From: Octopus sinensis
Lineage: Eukaryota
Reading direction: 5' to 3'
Length of the DNA: 64,000 nucleotides
NCBI RefSeq assembly: GCF_006345805.1
Contig: NC_043007.1
Span: 18,042,001-18,106,000 of the forward strand
The position numbers and the translations under genes are program-made. Positions 39,413 through 52,048 of the stretch are shown in pieces (the stretch's first letter is position 1; every line of letters starts with the position of its first letter). The notes beneath the pieces were generated by a model. It had not been told where the DNA came from and did not search any database. It worked only from the letters and a program-made list of their open reading frames with translations.

Positions 39413-40723
39413 TGCACTATTTTATTAAAGCTGAAAAAATTCACAAAGTTTAACTCAGAGTTTCAAGCGACCGTTTGTTGTCAATTTGTTGCAATAATAC
39501 AGAGTTCTGCGTTATTTACAACTGCCTGATGAATGATTATGTGAAACTCTGAGTAACAGCTTGTGAACTTTATTTATTTATTTTTTTTTTTTTGTGGTTT
39601 TAATAAAATAGCACTTTATTCTAAGTTTGATATTTGAGCACGATTTTTCAACCTTGCTTGTTTATGTGTATGTGTGTGTGTGTAGTTACAGTTTGAAATA
39701 AAATAGCTGCATTATTAATCAAAATTAAGCCTTAAACAACTACAAATAAGGGGAGAGATTAAACACAATATAAGACAAGTTTGGCACATAAAAAAATGAC
39801 ATTAAATTAACAGTATTAGTTAATATATAATACATACATATATATATATATATATAGAAGAAAACAAAATGTTAGTGATTTGGAACTTGCTTAAATGTTG
39901 TTATGTATGTTAGTTTCATTAGAAACTATTGGAGCAAAATTTAAATAATTTAGAGAATTTTATAATATTAAGAGTAGATACAAATGATCTCTGCAACTAA
40001 GAGTCTGTCAGCAGCAGCAGTAATAACTGTATTGCAATGTAGTCAACAGTATTTATATATATATATATATATATATATAAAGATCAGGATAAACAGTCTG
40101 ACCACAAAACCAAAGATTTACCAATTCCTTCTTGAACTGCAATTATTTAATTTTTTTTTTTCCACTAAAAGTCCCCTCTATTAATGAAAGAAAAAAAAAA
40201 AAATGCAACAATTTATCACCTCAAGTCAATTGCTGGACCCCTTTATAATGAAGGTTGAGGGGATAAACACATCAAAATATTTTAAATATTTAATGAATTA
40301 TTTTGTACATGATAAAAGACGGGAAATAGATTGTTTTTTTTTCTTACATGATAAGCAAAAATTATGAACATGATTTTTTTTTTCTTCAAACATTTGTAAG
40401 TTGAATGTAACTGCTAAAGTTGTCTCGATAAATAGAAATCATTCGTAAAAGAAAGGCCCCCACCGCCACCACCCTCACCCTCGTGGGTCTAAGTTTGTTT
40501 TGTCATGTACATTCATACAAATAAAATTTAAATTAAGATGTACAAAGGAAAAACAAACTTAGGAGCTCTCATTTGTTGGTTTAAGAAAAAAAAAAAAAAA
40601 AAAAATACTGGTCTACGTTAAGCGTTGTAAAAATAAACAAATCAAACTAAAAATATAACAACTCTTTCCCAATTTAATTTGTCATAAATATATAGGGTTT
40701 TACAATTGGCAGTAAGTTATAGT

Positions 40724-41140
<417 letters not shown>

Positions 41141-41378
41141 ATAATAGCTATGTATGTCTGAAGGAACAGAAAGGAAAAGAGAGATGGAGAGCAGTTAAGA
41201 GGAAAATTGTGCACAAGAAAGAGAGGCAAGCTAAAGGGAGAGAATGAAAGTGGGAGAAATATTTGAGAAAGAATTGTACTTTGAAGGAGCGCATTGGTGG
41301 GGGGTGGGGGTGAGGGGGTGGTGGAAGGAATGTGATAGAGAGAATGAAAATTTAGAGAAATCTAAATGCATGCATTAA

Positions 41379-41415
<37 letters not shown>

Positions 41416-41498
41416 AAGGACTGTCAACAATGAAAAAAAAACTGAGTGATAGAAACAAATGTTCAGTTCTCTTATAGCCTATGTAATGAAAGAAGTAT

Positions 41499-42665
41499 TC
41501 ATCCTGGTTTTATGTGACACTGTGGGGGGAATACTTTCCGTTCTTGAATGACTATTCTACTACATAGGTCATATGCTGTCCGTAGTGGCGTACACCCTGT
41601 CTCGCCGTTACGATAACGCCGAGGCAGCTTGAGTTTTTTTAAAAGAATATCATTATAATTACTGAATTTTCTTTTGTGGCCTTCCCAGTTGCCAGCATTT
41701 GTAGTTTGATGTACAGCGAGTATCGTATCAGAAGCATCAATAACAGTAAAGTTAGAACGACGAGCGTGCGCTACAAGCCAGTTGTCATAAGCTGGACGTC
41801 CTATCACGAGGTTAGGAATATCCTTCCAGGGATAGTTGCGGTTTGTAATAAAATAATCTTCAGCATTTACTAAGAATAGGTGTCCTTTTTCTCTTGCCAC
41901 ACCCCTCAGACTTTTATGGGTGGATGCATCCTTTCTGGACAAATATTTTACATTAGTCCTCCGGCCAATTAGAAGTAAAGGATGAGACATGTTGTCAATG
42001 CTCATTTCTTCCATAAGCAAGAACAGAGTATCGATAAGACCATCTTCAAAGAGAATATCACCGTTTGCAAAAGCATAATATGTAGTGTTAAAGTTCTCCA
42101 TGGCTTTTAAAAACATTGTTTTCAAGACAGGAGCTCCACCAGCAGCATAATGTGTAATGGGGTAAACAGTCCAGCCAGCATCACTACAAAGTTTTTTGTA
42201 CTGGCTGCTGTTTGTGAAAATGATGGGGTTTACATATTTCTTTAGCTTTATCCAGTTTGAGATTGTGTTGTTATGGACAATATATTTGGTTTCATTCACA
42301 TCCCATGATGTAAACATAGTTAGAATGGGTCTGTTGGTCTCAGGACGAGCTGTAATGCTAACATTTTTCTTGCAGAAATTCACAAGATCAAAAAGAGCCC
42401 AAATCAGGCGCTGAACATCCTTGTCATTTTCATCAACACCAGGACAATAGCTATGAAGAATTTCCTTGAAAGACTTGGAACCTTTAGACTCGATAAATTT
42501 CATAGACACTTTCAGATATGTGTTCAAATCACAGTTATTCTCCCAGGCAGCAGACTTATTGAGGTAGCGTTGAGAATAGAAGATTATATTGCAGGTCAGC
42601 GTCAACATGAGAAGAATAAAGAGCACGTTACCAGAACGTCTCCCCAGCCAAAAGTTGTGCAACAT
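41499..42665 (-). CDS. Single-exon 388-aa type II membrane protein, putative GT-A-fold (nucleotide-diphospho-sugar) glycosyltransferase of an uncharacterised family
   Basis: The only long non-repetitive ORF. In-frame TAG 6 nt upstream of the ATG. N-terminal hydrophobic anchor VLFILLMLTLTCNIIFYS. Eight N-x-S/T sequons. Motifs YAFANGDILF (DxD-like), LLIGRRTNV, AEDYFIT, VIGRPAYDNWLV and IDASDTILAVHQT. The CDS call is strong; the function is inferred. Confidence 0.85.
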   Translation of the reverse strand: MLHNFWLGRRSGNVLFILLMLTLTCNIIFYSQRYLNKSAAWENNCDLNTYLKVSMKFIESKGSKSFKEILHSYCPGVDENDKDVQRLIWALFDLVNFCKKNVSITARPETNRPILTMFTSWDVNETKYIVHNNTISNWIKLKKYVNPIIFTNSSQYKKLCSDAGWTVYPITHYAAGGAPVLKTMFLKAMENFNTTYYAFANGDILFEDGLIDTLFLLMEEMSIDNMSHPLLLIGRRTNVKYLSRKDASTHKSLRGVAREKGHLFLVNAEDYFITNRNYPWKDIPNLVIGRPAYDNWLVAHARRSNFTVIDASDTILAVHQTTNAGNWEGHKRKFSNYNDILLKKLKLPRRYRNGETGCTPLRTAYDLCSRIVIQERKVFPPQCHIKPG

Positions 42666-42704
42666 GACCTAACACAGTAGAGGTGGCACTGGAGAGGAAG
42701 GTCC

Positions 42705-42726
42705 CTGCCAAATAAAAAAAAAAAGT
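42705..42726 (-). promoter_or_regulatory. Splice acceptor of the coding exon (exon begins at 42704, giving 39 nt of 5' UTR)
   Basis: Minus strand reads ...ctttttttttttttatttggcAG|ggacc, 39 nt before the ATG. The upstream non-coding exon was not located. Confidence 0.6.
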
Positions 42727-44399
42727 TGGTTAATAATGAGCAAGTCAAATAGTTTAGACAAATAAATCACTGGCTTTAATTATTCAAAACAATTACTTTA
42801 ATTATTCAAAACAATTACTTTGGTACACATTTTGGTTATTTAAAAAAGAAATTGACAAAATCCCAACAGTTAATTTCTATATAAAGCACAATTATTACCA
42901 TTTTATAGGACAGGTCTCTGAATCTGTTTTTAATCCTTTGTCAAATGTGTTGCTTATCTGTTCACATTAATTTGGATTTATTCAGGTTCAAGTTGGGTGG
43001 CCACAATCTTTGCTTGTAACTTTCTTAATTTTCTACATACAGATTTGAAATTTTGTAAATGGGTAGTTTATAGTTACATAATCTTAGTTGATCTTTCTCA
43101 TTAAATTTGACTTTTATGGGCAGGTAAATTTAATTAACAGGTGTAACATTATGAATAAACACTAAAATTCAGATTCTTAATACATCTTACCTGTTTGATT
43201 TGTTACTAAAATTATCCCAGATGTCAACCGCCAACAATTTTACATTTTTCAAGATGAGGTACATTAATTTGAATTAATTAAAATACAGGTGTAATCGGTA
43301 CAAGATTTTATTCTTTCTCTATATTTCATTCAAACATTTTCATTGAAAATAAAGTACAAAATTCTTTTACTAGTCAATATACTATTGGCTATGTACTCTT
43401 ATAGAATTTAATGAATTCATTTACATAACAGAATACATCTAATAAAAAAAAAAAACTCTCATTAACAGGTGAGACAAAGGTGAATACAGGTGTGTAACAT
43501 ACTGAAAATTAATATGTATTTCTCACTTTCACATTATTTATAATAAAATGAAAAGGAATATATGATAAAATAATATAATTACAAAATAATATAGTTATGA
43601 CATATTTCTGTCATGAAACTGCCCAAAGCACCCTTGACATAAGGGTACTTTGCAAAAGGAACACATATATGAAGTCTTAATCTGATACCCTTTTGCAGTT
43701 TTTCTTTTTTGCAGCAAACACAGTCTGCAAACATTTTTTCTTCCATTTACCTTTTCAACTTTATAAAATGCCATCCACCTTAGTTAATTTTGCTTTTCTC
43801 CCAGTTCTGTGCTTTCTGGAAGAAAAGCCCTCGCATAACTGAGATCTGATGTCAACCCGAAATTTTAAATGGTTGTAGCTCTTTGGTGGCAGAATTACCT
43901 TGTGGCTTTTTACATATACAATATAGGAATTAACTATAGTTAAATTAACTAAAAACCACAAAATGTATCTCCACCATTTCTTCCCAGATCAACCAACTGG
44001 GTAATATGCCCGATATTGGTCAGATTTATCAACCCCCACCCATATATTTGTTATAATAAATATTCACTAGGGGTTTCCCCTTGGCACCAAGGCCAGGTTG
44101 TCCATTAGTAGACAGAAATAAAACCTGTCTTTTGTCTTTGAAAGCAGTAGCTAATAAATGTTCTTTTTGCATTTGTAAAATGTCCCTTTTTATAAAATTT
44201 GTTTTCATTTCATGGGTAAACCTTTATGGTTGCCCATAACAGTACTGCATGTGTAAGTACTTACTATGGCAACAGTCCAGGTACTTGTTGATCAGACCAC
44301 GTATTTATTTAAAGGAGTAAAGTTCAATTTTTGCTTTGAGAGAACAGTATTATATAGAATAGAAAGGGACAAAACCAGATTGAGAAACAGATTGATAGA

Positions 44400-45080
44400 T
44401 TTAAACTGACCATATCCAACCTAAAATATTCTGTTTTATGTTCCGACTGGCTAGATCCAGCCTCTCACACCTACCCTCGAATGTCATTCTAAAAAAAAAA
44501 ATCACATTGAAATCTTGAAGGCTTGAGATTAATTCAAAACAATGTGAATGAATAAGCATTAAATTTAACAGGATAATCTGAATGCTAAAGGATTAATCCT
44601 TTAGCATTTAAACCAGCCACATCTTGCTTCTCACACCTATCCAACAATGTTATTCTTAGAATAAACAGTGATATCATTGAAATTTGGAAGTTATGAGATA
44701 ATACATGATTAATTCAAAATAATGTAAAAAGCAACATTTGAGCATGATCGTTAGCAGCGTCGCCTTACTGGCACGTGAGAAAACATTTGAGTGAGGTCGT
44801 TGCCAGTAATGCCTGACTGGCCCTCGTGCCGGTGACACATAAAAGCACTCACTACACTCTCGGAGTGGTTGGTGTTAGGAAGGGCATCCAGCTGTGGAAA
44901 CTCTGCCAGATCAAGACTGGAGCCTGGTGCAGCCATCTGGTTCACCAGTTCCCAGTCAAATCATCCAACCCATGCTAGCATGGAAAGCAGATGTTAAACG
45001 ATGAAGATGATGATGATGATGAAGAATGTGAATAAATAAGAATTACATTTGACAGAGTAATATGAATGCTAAAGAGCTAA
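44400..45080. mobile_element. Two tandem piggyBac-type MITEs (family B) sharing TTAA 44593-44596; the second is split by a family M SINE (~44735-45022)
   Basis: Match to the copy at 50759-50968, with ends ttaa|ccctttagc...gctaaaggg|ttaa. Confidence 0.7.
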
Positions 45081-45973
45081 TAGGAATTAATGTATGCATA
45101 ATCTAACTAAAATCAAAGAGTCCAAATTCAAAAGCTATTCCATCAATCCACTCAACAGATTAGTAATTGGGACATTTCTCCAAATTATATTTTGCTCAGA
45201 TCCTAAGACCAAACAAACAAGCAGAAATCACCACCCCCACCTGCAATCACTTCCAATCCAAGAAACACTATTTAGGGGATCAGGCAAAGGTATTTATAGA
45301 CATTCTTTACATAGCTAAGTAACATGAGCTGCATATTCCATTTATCTCATTTTACAAACCTTTCTTGGCAGATCTTTCATACTAAAAGACTTATCGGTTT
45401 TGTCTCATAACTCAAAGATTTTTATCTTTGGGTTACAAAATATTTCGTTACTACTGGCTGCCTTTTTGTTAGTCTTACAAAAACATTTCATGCCAAATAT
45501 TTTATAAAGAATGTTCATGCCAAATATCTCACTTTTAGTACAATTCTATAGCCATTAACTCTGATATTCTGTAATTGATTTCTATAATTGATTTTTGACA
45601 CAAAAATCAATCATCGTCATAATACAGCGAGATTAAGCAGGTTTTACTTCAATCCTACACAAATAAAGCCATTTGATGTGAAGACGAATATATTTTTCTG
45701 ATTTCTTAATCTAGACAAATACTTAAAAGTATTTGCTATTTCTTATTGGGGTTTTCTGGATCTTAAGTACTTTTAATTCCAAACAATTGTGTTGGCTTTT
45801 AATAATGGCTGCGTCTCCTTTAGACGAAATTTGTTTATCATTTCTTATTCCATGTTTATTTTAAAACAATATTTGCCTGAAATACTCTTGTACACATACT
45901 CCACCATTTAAGCCATTGATCAATCATCATCATCATCATCATCACCACCACTAACAATGTAATGTTGCTAAGG

Positions 45974-46591
45974 CAGTGGTTCCCAAACTTTTTAGAGTCG
46001 CGACCCACTATTTATCACACCAGTTTATGACGACCCACTTAACTCTACTGAGTAAAAAACATTAATGAAATTAACAAATTTATTTCAGATTACATCTTTA
46101 CCAAGGCCTGTGAGAAGGATGAGCCTGTTTCTTGCTTTGCTCAATAATAGAATAAACATCAGGTTCAATGTGTGATAGTTTCAGGCGTAGGGAATTTGAG
46201 AGCTGCAGTTTATTTCGATATTTGCTTGTAATCCCAACCATTGCTGAAAATCCAGCTTCACAAATATAAGATGACCTGAAAGGGAGAAGTACTTTTAATG
46301 CTTCGGTGGAAATGATTGGGTACGAGGTTAGAAGAGACGCCCAGAACTGTACCAATTTTCGGGTGTTAAAAGTCATTTTCAAGGAAGAGTCTTCGGATAA
46401 ACCGATAAGTTCCTCATCGGCTTTTGTTGATATTCCAGTCGTCACGTCAGGCTGAAAGGGGTTATAGTCTGGTATTGAAAACATAAGTCTTGAACTATCT
46501 CGATAGACAGCAGTTAATCAAAGCTAATGCGTAATTTTATAACTTTTTGCAACCCATCTGTGGGTTGCAACTCATAGTTTAGGAACCACTT
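45974..46591 (-). mobile_element. Internally deleted hAT (Charlie/Buster-type) element retaining the transposase C-terminal dimerisation region
   Basis: TIRs cagtggttcccaaa...tttaggaaccactt and 8-bp TSD tgctaagg/ttctaagg. ORF 46098-46484 contains QFWASL...ALKVLLPFRSSYICEAGFS...KYRNKL...LRLKLSHIEPD...QAHPSH. Confidence 0.9.
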
Positions 46592-46829
46592 TTCTAAGGT
46601 ATTTCTCTTTAGTCATAATGTCGATATTCCTAATCAGCACTACTATAGTCTCTCTCTCTCTTGTGTCATGATCAGGGTCATCATTCTAACAACTACTTTT
46701 CTAAGTTTGCATGAGCTGGATGCAGGTTGGTGATTGAGATTTTCACAGAATATTGGAAATGAATGACATTTACAACAATCACAAAGTCAAAACAAGGAGA
46801 CAGACATACATACATACATACATATAAAT

Positions 46830-46860
<31 letters not shown>

Positions 46861-46894
46861 CACACAGACTGATATATACTTATACACATACATA

Positions 46895-47082
46895 TATCTT
46901 TTACTCTTTTACTTGTTTCAAGTCATTTGACTGCGGCCATGCTGGAGCACCACCTTTTAGTCGAGCAAATCGACTTATTCTTTGTAAGCCTAGTACTTAT
47001 TCTATTGGTCTCTTTTGCCAAACTAAGTTACGGGGACGTAAACACACCAGCATCGGTTGTCAAGCGATGTTGTGGGGGACAA

Positions 47083-47133
<51 letters not shown>

Positions 47134-47283
47134 CGACGGGCTTCTTTCAGTTTCCGTCTACCAAATCCACTCACAAGACTTTGGAGGCTATAGTAGAAGA
47201 CACTTGTCCAAGGTGCCACGCAGTGGGATTGAACCTGGAACCACGTACTTGGTAAGCAAGCTACTTACCACACAGCCACTCAG
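46895..47283 (-). mobile_element. Family C SINE
   Basis: Consensus match. Confidence 0.8.
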
Positions 47284-47914
47284 ACACACACATACATATA
47301 TAAATATATATATATATATTTAAATTAAATCCAATACAATGAAAATAGGGATGAAATCATCCAATCTTTCACTGGCTCGACTGTTTAATACCCAATTTAG
47401 TAGAGAAAAATTTTACAATTCACATAGGTACATATTAAATTGATGAAAATGAAAAGAAAATGGAGATATACAATTGTCAGTTCAAAAATATATTAAGATA
47501 ATATTATATTAAATTTATATAATAATAATATTATTATTATTATTTTATTATATTATTATTATATAATATAATAAATAATAAATTCTAAATACAAATTATA
47601 TACAATTGTTTCAATTCTTATCCATAATAAGATTATAAAAATTCATTGTGATGAAATTATAAAAATCCAGTGTAATTTTTGATATATGAGGGATTCACAG
47701 GTTCAAGAAAAGACTGAATTAAAATATATTTATGTTTCTAAGCATGAGTGTCAATAATTAAAAACAAAAACAAATATAAAATAAAAAAAATAAAACATAT
47801 AAAATAAAGTAAAATAATGGTCATAAAATATATTTGTATACTACTAAGTATTTTAATCTAAATCTATCTTAGAGCATTAGCTTTTTACAAATACCAGGAA
47901 CAATATTTTTTTTA

Positions 47915-48279
47915 ATACTCTTTTACTAGTTTCAGCCATTTGACTGTGACCATGCGGGAGCACTGCCTTTTTACTCGAGCAAATCGACCCCAGGACTTAT
48001 TCTTTGGATGCCTAGTACTTATTCTATCGGTTTCTTTTGCCGAGCCACTAAGTTACGGGGACGTAAACACACCAGCATTGGTTCTCAAGCGATGTTGGGG
48101 GGAACAAACACAGACACAAACATACATATATATACATATATATACACACATATATATGACGGGCTTCTTTCAGTTTCCGTCTACCAAATCCACTCACAAG
48201 GCTTTGGTCGGCCCAAGGCTATAGTAGAAGACACTTGTCTAAGGTTCCAAGCAGTGGGACTGAACCCAGAACCATGTGG
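47915..48279 (-). mobile_element. Family C SINE
   Basis: Consensus match. Confidence 0.8.
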
Positions 48280-48407
48280 GAAGAAAATAAGATGGTGGTG
48301 ATGTAGTGTCAAAACAAAACTGTCAAGGAACAAGGAAGTAAGTATAAGAGAAAGTATGGACAGTAGATCAGGAAGGGGTGGTGTTGTAAGAGCGTGTAAC
48401 ATATGGC

Positions 48408-48836
48408 GGATCTTTTCCGTTTGAATGGCAGTTTTTTCTAGTGGTGTCATATGAAATTGTCACCCATAATTATGACCCTAGTATTGATCTATTGCATTTC
48501 AATCTGTTTTAGGGTTAGGGTTAGTTAGGGTTAGGGATGGGGGTAAGGGTATCTTTTTTTCTTTACAAATGTAAATAAACCCAATCTGTTTCTTAAACGA
48601 GGGACATATTCATACGGCACAGAATGTTGTTTACCTCAATGGACGTCAGTGATTGGTTGAAATTGCAGAAATCGAAGAAAAAAAAACAACAAATATCTTA
48701 CAAACTATAGAATTTTCTCAATGAAGCCAAGAGAAAAAGATGTTTTATAAACACATTCTACCGGTATACGAAGTTTAAAATTTTTTTAGTTACCTAGAAA
48801 TTATGTTAAAAACTGCTGTTCAAATCGAAAAGATTC
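48408..48836. mobile_element. MITE with ~30-bp TIRs, 8-bp TSD and internal TTAGGG repeats (Merlin-like candidate)
   Basis: ggatcttttccgtttgaatggcagttttt ... aaaaactgctgttcaaatcgaaaagattc, flanked by catatggc/cagatggc. Confidence 0.7.
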
Positions 48837-49589
48837 CAGATGGCTAGAGATGGGGGTAGCTGGTTGAGTCTAAGAAGTGTATTGCTGCATGATACTGAGA
48901 TGTGGATACTGAATGATGTTTAAATCTAAGTGTTGCATAATTTTGTATTAACAGCTACAAGTTTAAGTGAATGCCAGACAGCAGTACACTGAGTCTCATA
49001 GACAAGATAGCAACAGTGTAAGAGGATTGGCACATGCTGTAATAGTACATATGAAGAGTGAGTGTTAAAATATTAACGATAATGAGATATGTATGGAAGA
49101 AAAGTAACTATGATTGTGCTTGTGATTATGAAATTCTATGATAGAAAACTTGGCAACGTTCCACCAATGATCACGTCTCCAAGCAAGATGCTTCCGATCT
49201 ACACCGACCAAAAGCATCAAAACGGTAGTTGATCACTTAAGAATTAGAAGTTCACGGTTCAGACTGTTCTTGTTTGGAGTCAACTGATAAAAGTGGTTTA
49301 TGATCAGCTTGAAGTATATCTACTGAAATAATCGTTCTTATGTACTATAAACAGATATAAGTTAATGAACTCTTAGGAGAATAACTATTAGCATACTTAA
49401 TTCAAGTAGACAATGAGAATAGTTAAAACTATTTTAGACCTATCCTTGCTGATGGAAGTAAGGCTGTATTTGAATATAGTCAGGAGAGCACTGTCTTGAG
49501 TGCTTGAAAACAATTGGACTAGAAGTTCTCAACTAGGATCCACAGAAGATTTTGTTGTTAAAATTTATGTGCAATAAATTGGTTATGCA

Positions 49590-49813
49590 AGCTGGCAGAA
49601 ACGTTAGCACGCTGGGCGAAATGCTTAGCGGTATTTCGTCTGCCGCTACATTCTGAGTACAAATTCCGCCGAGGTCGACTTTGCCTTTCATCTTTTCGGG
49701 GTCGATTAAATAAGTACCAGTTACGCACAAGGGTCAATGTAATTGACTTAATCTGTTTGTCTGTCCTTGTTTGTCCCCTCTGTGTTTAGCCCCTTGTGGG
49801 TAGTAAAGAAATA
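49590..49813 (+). mobile_element. Family N SINE monomer
   Basis: Consensus match. Ends aaagaaataggt. Confidence 0.85.
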
Positions 49814-50202
49814 GGTTATACTTCTACAATACACAAAACCAATTATAGCAGTGACATGATATCTGGAGAAGGAATTTTTTTATATTCCGAAATATTATTA
49901 TATCAGACTATGGATAATTTAATTATAACAATTATAGTCCACTCTGCATTGTTTTGCCATTCAAGACACATTATATTTTATAATACACAAAATATTTTAA
50001 TTTTTTTTATACAATTCCTAATAATATTTTATTATAAAATTATAATAGGACCTTCTTTAACATCAAAATGGTTTTAAAATATGGTCAGACACCATATGAC
50101 TTGTGACGGAGTTATTTTATTAAAGTAACCACAAATTAAGACAAATTAACCAGAAATTTTAATGGATGATTTTAAAAATAGATCACTTTAAATAGGAAAT
50201 TT

Positions 50203-50612
50203 ACATAGGCATAGGAGTGGCTGTACGGTAAGTAGCTTGCTTACCAACCACATGGTTCCAGGTTCAGTCCCACTGCGTGGCACCTTGGGCAAGTGTTTTC
50301 TACTATAGCCTCGGGCCGACCAAAGCCTTGTGTGTGGATTTGGTAGACGGAAACTGAAAGAAGCCCATCGTATATATATATGTATGTGTGTGTGTATACG
50401 TTTGTGTGTCTGTGTTTGTCCCCCCAACATCACTTGACAACCGATGCTGGTGTATTTACTTCCCTGTAACTTAGCAGTTCGGCAAAAGAGACCAATAGAA
50501 TAAATATTAGGCTTACAAAGAATAAGTCCTGGGGTCGATTTGCTCGACTAAAGGCGGTGCTCCAGCAAAGCCACAGTCAAATGGCTGAAACAAGTAAAAG
50601 AGTAAAGAGAGA
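50203..50612 (+). mobile_element. Family C SINE
   Basis: Consensus match. Confidence 0.85.
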
Positions 50613-50659
50613 GTATCATAGGATCAGAAGTCTCAGTTGGATTGGCATCAAAAGGTTAA

Positions 50660-51206
50660 CCCTTTTGTTACCCTATTTCTATTGAAATACACTGCATTTC
50701 TTTCAATCAATTTTTAAAATAATGAAGAACTTAGAAAAAATAACTCCATCATAATTAACCCTTTAGCATTTAAACCATCCATATCAGGCCCAAATACTTG
50801 ACCTGTTTTATGTTCAAACTGGACAGATTCAGCCACTCACACCTAATCTACAATGTCATTCTCAAAACAAAATCATATCATCAAAATCTTGAAGCTATAA
50901 GATAATGCATTAATTACTCTAAGCAACATGAATAAATAAGCATTACATTTGACAAAGTAATCTGAAGGTTAAATGGTTGATCTGGTGTTTGGGACATAAA
51001 TGAACTCTTATTTGTTTCAGTCATTTGACTGTGGCTATGCTGGAGCACCACCTTTTAGTCGAGCAAATCGACCCCAGGATTTATTCTTTGTAAGCCTAGT
51101 ACTTATTCTATTGGTCTCTTTTGCCAAACTGCTAAGTTACGGGGACATAAACACACCAGCATTGGTTGTCAAGCGATGTGGGGGGGGGGGACAAACAGAC
51201 ACATAA

Positions 51207-51239
<33 letters not shown>

Positions 51240-51498
51240 CATATATATATGATGGGCTTCTTTCAGTTTCTGTCTACCAAATCCACTCACAAGGCTTTGG
51301 TCGGCCTGAGGCTATAGTAGAAGACACTTGCCCAAGATGCCATGCAGTGGGACTGAACCCGGACCAAGTAGTTCATAACAAAGCTACTTACCACACATCC
51401 ACTAAGAAATTTTGTTGGAAGATTTAAATTTAAAGCAATCTAAATAAGTTTATATCATGGAACCAGAGGCAATCTCAGACTGATTGGTATGAAAAGGG
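50660..51498. mobile_element. piggyBac-type MITE A containing MITE B (50759-50968) and a family C SINE (~51005-51398, minus)
   Basis: TTAA at 50656-50659, 50755-50758, 50969-50972 and 51499-51502 bracket CCCTTT/AAGGG ends. Confidence 0.7.
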
Positions 51499-51736
51499 TT
51501 AAAGAGCCTACAAATTCTGTTTCTATAGATGTCAAACTAAAAGTACAGTTAAATTTTATTTGATGGGATTACTAATAAGGATATATTTCAGCTGTAAAAC
51601 AAAAGAAAAAAGTAATTGCTCAAATAAATAAACCATCTTGTCTAAATGGCTATAATAAAAACTACAACAATAAATAAGTTAAAATAATCAAATTCTCTTT
51701 TATACATTCTTTGCAACTACATAGTTTCAGGATTGT

Positions 51737-52048
51737 GGAGGCGTATTGGCCCAGCGGTTAGGGCAGCGGACTTGCGGTCAGAGGATCGCAGTTTCGATTT
51801 CCAGACCGGATGTTGTGTGTTTATTGAGGGAAAACACCTAAAAGCCGCACGAGGCTCCGGCAGAGGGTGGTGGCGATCCTGTTGTACTCTTTTGCCACAA
51901 CTTTCTCTCACTCTCTCTTCCCGTTTCTTGAGTAATGCTGTGATGGACTGGTGTCCCGTCCAGCTGGGGGGAACACATATGACACAGAAACTGGGAAACC
52001 GGGCCCATGAGCCTGGCTAGACTTGAAAAGGGTGAAAAAAGAAAGAGG
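51737..52048 (+). mobile_element. Family R SINE, short alternative 3' body
   Basis: 12-bp TSD agtttcaggatt. The 3' part contains gtgatggactggtgtcccgtccag. Confidence 0.85.

Noticed and set aside
44265-44333. 69-nt 5' UTR exon of the GT-like gene (minus-strand AG...GTAAGT)
   Set aside because: Plausible splice signals, but similar donors occur nearby (~43750, ~43900) and nothing in the sequence discriminates between them. It needs RNA-seq.
48509-48537. True telomere or chromosome-fusion scar
   Set aside because: Only about four imperfect units, internal to a TIR element with a TSD.
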